Positions 58,953 through 64,000 of a DNA stretch of 64,000 nucleotides are shown in pieces; position 1 is the first letter of the stretch, and each line of letters opens with the position of its first letter. The stretch lies in assembly GCF_009914755.1 (NCBI RefSeq), contig NC_060945.1, one strand, 5' to 3'. The stretch is from the human T2T-CHM13v2.0 reference genome, Homo sapiens. The notes under the pieces were generated by a model. It saw nothing but the letters and a program-made list of their open reading frames with translations. It did no database searches and was not told the DNA's origin. The position numbers were made by a program, and so were the translations under genes.

Positions 58953-61060
58953 AGATACATGTTTTTTAAATGAAGAAGAATTTCAAAGCTACTCTGCTTG
59001 GGACAAGAATCAAATATATAAACTGAGGAATAAAACATAACCATGAAACATATTTATAACTGCATATGGAAAATACAGAGGATAATTTTTTAAATAACAT
59101 ATTTTGAAAGCATTAACTAGTAATTTGAAGAGTTGGCATTTGAAAGGCCCGTATGAATATACCTTCAAAGCAGCAACACAGGTTCCCCATGAGAAAAATC
59201 AAACTCAGGGAAAATAAAACCACAAGGGTTCACTCTGTTCTGACCTTTGAAAAACACAGCACAGACAGTGGCCCTTAGGACCAAGAGCAGGAGATCCCTA
59301 ATCCCGTCACCACGGCGATAGGGCACAAACATTGCAGGGTGAGGGCACAATCCACATTGTGAGGTCCAACTGCTGCCGGGAAGACAGGAGTGCTTTTACA
59401 TAGACCCAAAGGTCATTGAAGGCTCAGTGTTTTCTTTCAAAAACTGAATCCCAAGCCCACACATTATTATGCTGCGCTTCTTAAAACAAGTTATGAGATG
59501 GGAAATAGGGCACCCACAAATATATCTATACATTATGTATATAATAGTATATAGAATCATATAAATAATATATGTAACATATATATATACTATTCTTTTA
59601 CACCCTGCATCTTATATTATATATATTATATGTAATATAATAATTGAAAATATATAAGCATAACATTTATACAATATGACATATAATAATTATCTTTTAT
59701 GACATATATAATATATATTATATATCATATATAGAATATATTCTATGGTTAATATACGTACTAAATATATAATATACATTATATATATTATATCTATTAT
59801 ATCTATGTTATATATAACATACATTATACATAATATATATTATATCTATGTTACATATAATATAAAATAACATAAAATAATATAATTGTATGTATATAAT
59901 ATGACATATAATATATATTATATTTTATGACATATATATAATATATATTATATATTATATATGTAATACGTTGTATGTATAATGCATATATTAAATATAT
60001 ATGATATGTCTACGTTATTAATTATATGTAACATATGTTATATATTATATATTTCACATGGAATACACGTTACATATAATATATACTATGATACCTATAA
60101 CGTATAATTTATTAAATATAATATACTGTATCTCATATATTATATATAATTCATAATATACAGTATGTGGAATGTGTTATATATGACATGTAATATATGA
60201 TATATATAACATGCAATATATCATATAGAACATACAATATATGATACATAATATATATGGTATACAAAATATATTTTATGATATATATTATATATGTGTT
60301 ATATTATATTATATATAACTATTTAAAATTTTATATAACTGTATAATATTATACGTAAATATATAATATAATAAACATGACTATATATTATGTTATATAT
60401 AATTTTATTACATACGTTACATAATATATCATACTATAATGCATATATTATATTATTTTATATTACATAATATATATTATATATCACATAATATATGCTG
60501 CGTACATAATATTAAAATATATATTATATTATGATATATGAAATATCGTATATATTATGTATCCTATATTGTATAATGTACATTATATATTATATAACAT
60601 GTATGTTGTCTATCATACGATATATAAAATTATATATATGATTATATTGTTATACCTATAACGATATAAATATGTAATTATATGTATCATTATTTATATT
60701 ATATATTATTATATAATCATGTATAATTATTTATATTATATAAATAATTATATGATTATATAAATTATAATATATAAATTATACTATGTAATAAAAAATA
60801 TATATATTATATATCATATATGATATAGTATATATGCTATATATCATATTATATATAAAAATATGTTATGTTATATACAATTATATATTTTCATATATAA
60901 GATGTATAATATGTATTATCTATTATATATGTTATGTACTATATGTAATGTAAATAAGCTGACACAGGATAAATATTACATATTATGATATATAATATCT
61001 ATGAGGTTATATATTACATATAAAGCATATTACAAAACATATAATATATATCATGTATAA

Positions 61061-61352
61061 TTTTTTTTTAGACAGAGCCTTGTCCTGTTGCACAGCGTGG
61101 GGTACAATGGCGCCATCTTTACTCACTGCAACATCTGCCTCACGGGTTCAAGCGATTGTCCTCCCTCAGCCTCCCAGGTAGCTGGGAGTAGACCACACTG
61201 GGACTACACCAGCTGCCACCATGCCTAGCTAATTTTTTGGATTTTTAGCAGTGACAGCGTTTCACTGTATTGGCCAGGATGGTCTTGATCTCTTCACCTT
61301 GTGATCCCCTTGCCTTGGCCTCCAAATTTCCTGGGATTACAGGCCTGAGCCA
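61061..61352 (-). mobile_element. Diverged Alu SINE in HSat1B unit 9
   Basis: Near-identical copy; carries the TTTTTAGCAGTG variant shared with unit 8. Confidence 0.95.
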
Positions 61353-63454
61353 AGATACATGTTTTTTAAATGAAGAAGAATTTCAAAGCTACTCTGCTTG
61401 GGACAAGAATCAAATATATAAACTGAGGAATAAAACATAACCATGAAACATATTTATAACTGCATATGGAAAATACAGAGGATAATTTTTTAAATAACAT
61501 ATTTTGAAAGCATTAACTAGTAATTTGAAGAGTTGGCATTTGAAAGGCCCGTATGAATATACCTTCAAAGCAGCAACACAGGTTCCCCATGAGAAAAATC
61601 AAACTCAGGGAAAATAAAACCACAAGGGTTCACTCTGTTCTGACCTTTGAAAAACACAGCACAGACAGTGGCCCTTAGGACCAAGAGCAGGAGATCCCTA
61701 ATCCCGTCACCACGGCGATAGGGCACAAACATTGCAGGGTGAGGGCACAATCCACATTGTGAGGTCCAACTGCTGCCGGGAAGACAGGAGTGCTTTTACA
61801 TAGACCCAAAGGTCATTGAAGGCTCAGTGTTTTGTTTCAAAAACTGAATCCCAAGCCCACACATTACTATGCTGCGCTTCTTAAAACAAGTTATGAGATG
61901 GGAAATAGGGCACCCACAAATATATCTATACATTATGTATATAATAATATATAGAATCATATATATAATATATGTAACATATATATATAATATTCTTTTA
62001 CACCCTGCATCTTACATTATGTATATTATATGTAATATAATAATTGAAAGTATATAAGTATAATATTTATACAATATGACATATAATAATTATATTTTAT
62101 GACATATATAATATATATTCTATATCATATATAGAATATATTATATGGTTAATATACGTACTAAATATATAATATACATTATATGTATTATATATATTAT
62201 ATCTACGTTATATATAACATACCTCATAGATAATATATATGATATCTCTGTTATATATAATATAAAATAACATAAAAAAATATATAATTGTATATATAAA
62301 ACATGACATATAATATATATTATATTTTATGACATATATAATACATATTATATATTATATATGTAATACGTTGTATGTATGATGCATATATTAAATATAT
62401 ATGATATGTCTACGTTATTAATTATATGTAATATATGTTATGTATTATATATTTTACATGGAATACACATGTTACATATAATTTATACTATGTTACCTAT
62501 AACGTATAATTTATTATATATAATATAATATATGTCATAAGTTATATGTAATTTATAATATACAGTATGTGGAATGTGATATATATGACATGTAATATAT
62601 GATATGTAACATACAATATATCATATATAACATACAATATATGATACATAATATATATGGTATACAAAATATATTTTATGATATATATTATATATGTTTT
62701 ATATTATATTACATATATCTATTTAAAATTATATATAACGGTATAATATTATACGTAAATATATAATATATATGACTATATATGAAGTTATATATAACTT
62801 TATTACATACTTTACATAATACATCATAATATAATGCATATGTTATATTATTTTATATTACATAATATATATTACATATCACATAATGTATACTACCTAC
62901 ATAATATTAAAATATATATTATAATATGATATATTAAATATCATATATATTATGTATCCTATATTGTATAATATACATTATATATTATATAACATGTATG
63001 TTGTCTATCATATTATATATATAATTATATATGATTATATTGTCATACATATAACGATATAAATATGTAATTATATATATCATTATTTATATTATATGTA
63101 ATTATATAATCATGTTTAATTATTTATATTTTATAAATAATTATATGATTTTATAAATTATAATATATATAAATTATACTATGTAATAAAAATATATATA
63201 TTATAGATCATATATGATATAGTATATATGTTACATATCATATTATATAGAAATATATGTTATGTTATATACAATTATATAATTTCATATATAAGATGTA
63301 TAATATGTATTATCTATTATATATGTTATGTAATATATATAATGTAAATAAGCTGACACAGGATAAATATTAAATATTATGATATATAATATATTTGAGG
63401 TTATATATTACATATAAAGCATATTACAAAACATATAATATATATCATGTATAA

Positions 63455-63746
63455 TTTCTTTTTAGACAGAGCCTTGTCCTGTTGCACAGCGTGGGGTACA
63501 ATGGCGCCATCTTTACTCACTGCAACATCTGCCTCACGGGTTCAAGCGATTGTCCTCCCTCAGCCTCCCAGGTAGCTGGGAGTACACCACACTGGGACTA
63601 CACCAGCTGCCACCATGCCTAGCTAATTTTTTGGATTTTTAGTAGTGACAGCGCTTCACTGTATTGGCCAGGATGGTCTTGATCTCTTCACCTTGTGATC
63701 CCCTTGCCTTGGTCTCCAAATTTCCTGGGATTACAGGCCTGAGCCA
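63455..63746 (-). mobile_element. Diverged Alu SINE in HSat1B unit 10
   Basis: Near-identical copy; the T tail is interrupted (TTTCTTTTT). Confidence 0.95.
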
Positions 63747-64000
63747 AGATACATATTTTTTAAATGAAAAAGAATTTCCAAGCTACTCTGCTTGGGACAA
63801 GAATCAAATATATAAACTGAGGAATAAAACATAACCATGAAGCTTATTTATAACTGCATATGGAAAATACAGAGGATAATTTTTTAAATAACATCTTTTG
63901 AAAGCATTAACTAGTAATTTGAAGAGTTGGCATTTGAAAGGCCCGTATGAATATACCTTCAAAGCAGCAACACAGGTTCCCCATGAGAAAAATCAAACTC

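Larger units (their letters stand above)
39961..64000. repeat. HSat1B / DYZ2-type composite tandem repeat, ten ~2.4-kb units plus the start of an eleventh
   Basis: Anchor GCAGCAACACAGG at 39972, 42379, 44780, 47170, 49572, 51969, 54366, 56768, 59170, 61570, 63964 (periods 2407, 2401, 2390, 2402, 2397, 2397, 2402, 2402, 2400, 2394). Each unit has an HSATI-like segment, a ~1.5 kb AT-rich block and an antisense Alu, which is the known DYZ2 architecture. Confidence 0.95.

Noticed and set aside
39946-62057. Recurrent 61-68 aa ORF MCPHPAMFVPYRRGDG... (- strand) and 62 aa ORF MLRFLKQVMRWEIGHPQ... (+ strand)
   Set aside because: They recur only because the 2.4-kb unit is repeated. They are short, the first uses a non-ATG start, I recognise no domain, and variants are often non-synonymous. 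Ribo-seq or proteomics would be needed to reconsider.
41870-63746. Ten independent or active Alu insertions, or a 7SL-like ncRNA cluster
   Set aside because: All copies have the same position, truncation and internal duplication, so they are one old insertion amplified in tandem. No target-site duplication is discernible and the 5' promoter region is truncated.
1-64000. Alpha satellite/CENP-B boxes, telomeric repeats, rDNA, or a novel coding/defence system
   Set aside because: I see no 171-bp period, TTAGGG tracts, GC-rich rDNA or complex coding sequence. The three known satellite families account for the whole window.
1-64000. Assignment to a specific chromosome, species or HSat3 subfamily
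   Set aside because: This needs alignment to T2T assemblies or subfamily k-mer sets, which I cannot run.

Overview
The whole window is primate (human or great-ape type) classical satellite DNA. I see no genes, RNA genes, CRISPR array or prokaryotic system. Three arrays abut directly. (1) About 1-33054: HSat3/Satellite III, (GGAAT)n with interspersed CAACCCGAGT-type motifs, a near-identical ~7.8-7.9 kb duplication on the left and a more scrambled zone towards the junction. (2) About 33055-39960: HSat1A, a 42-bp (17+25) AT-rich repeat, ~164 diverged monomers. (3) About 39961-64000: HSat1B/DYZ2-type composite repeat, ten ~2.4-kb units, each with an AT-rich block, an antisense Alu and an HSATI-like segment. 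The combination suggests acrocentric short-arm or similar heterochromatin, but chromosome and species cannot be fixed from the sequence alone. All ORFs in the track are repeat-translation artefacts. I found no credible novel biological system. The observations worth checking concern array evolution: two sharp junctions, a dimer-like alternation of HSat1B unit types, a recent out-of-phase 2397-bp duplication, edge divergence, and AluSc-like diagnostics in the amplified Alu. All comparisons were made by eye.
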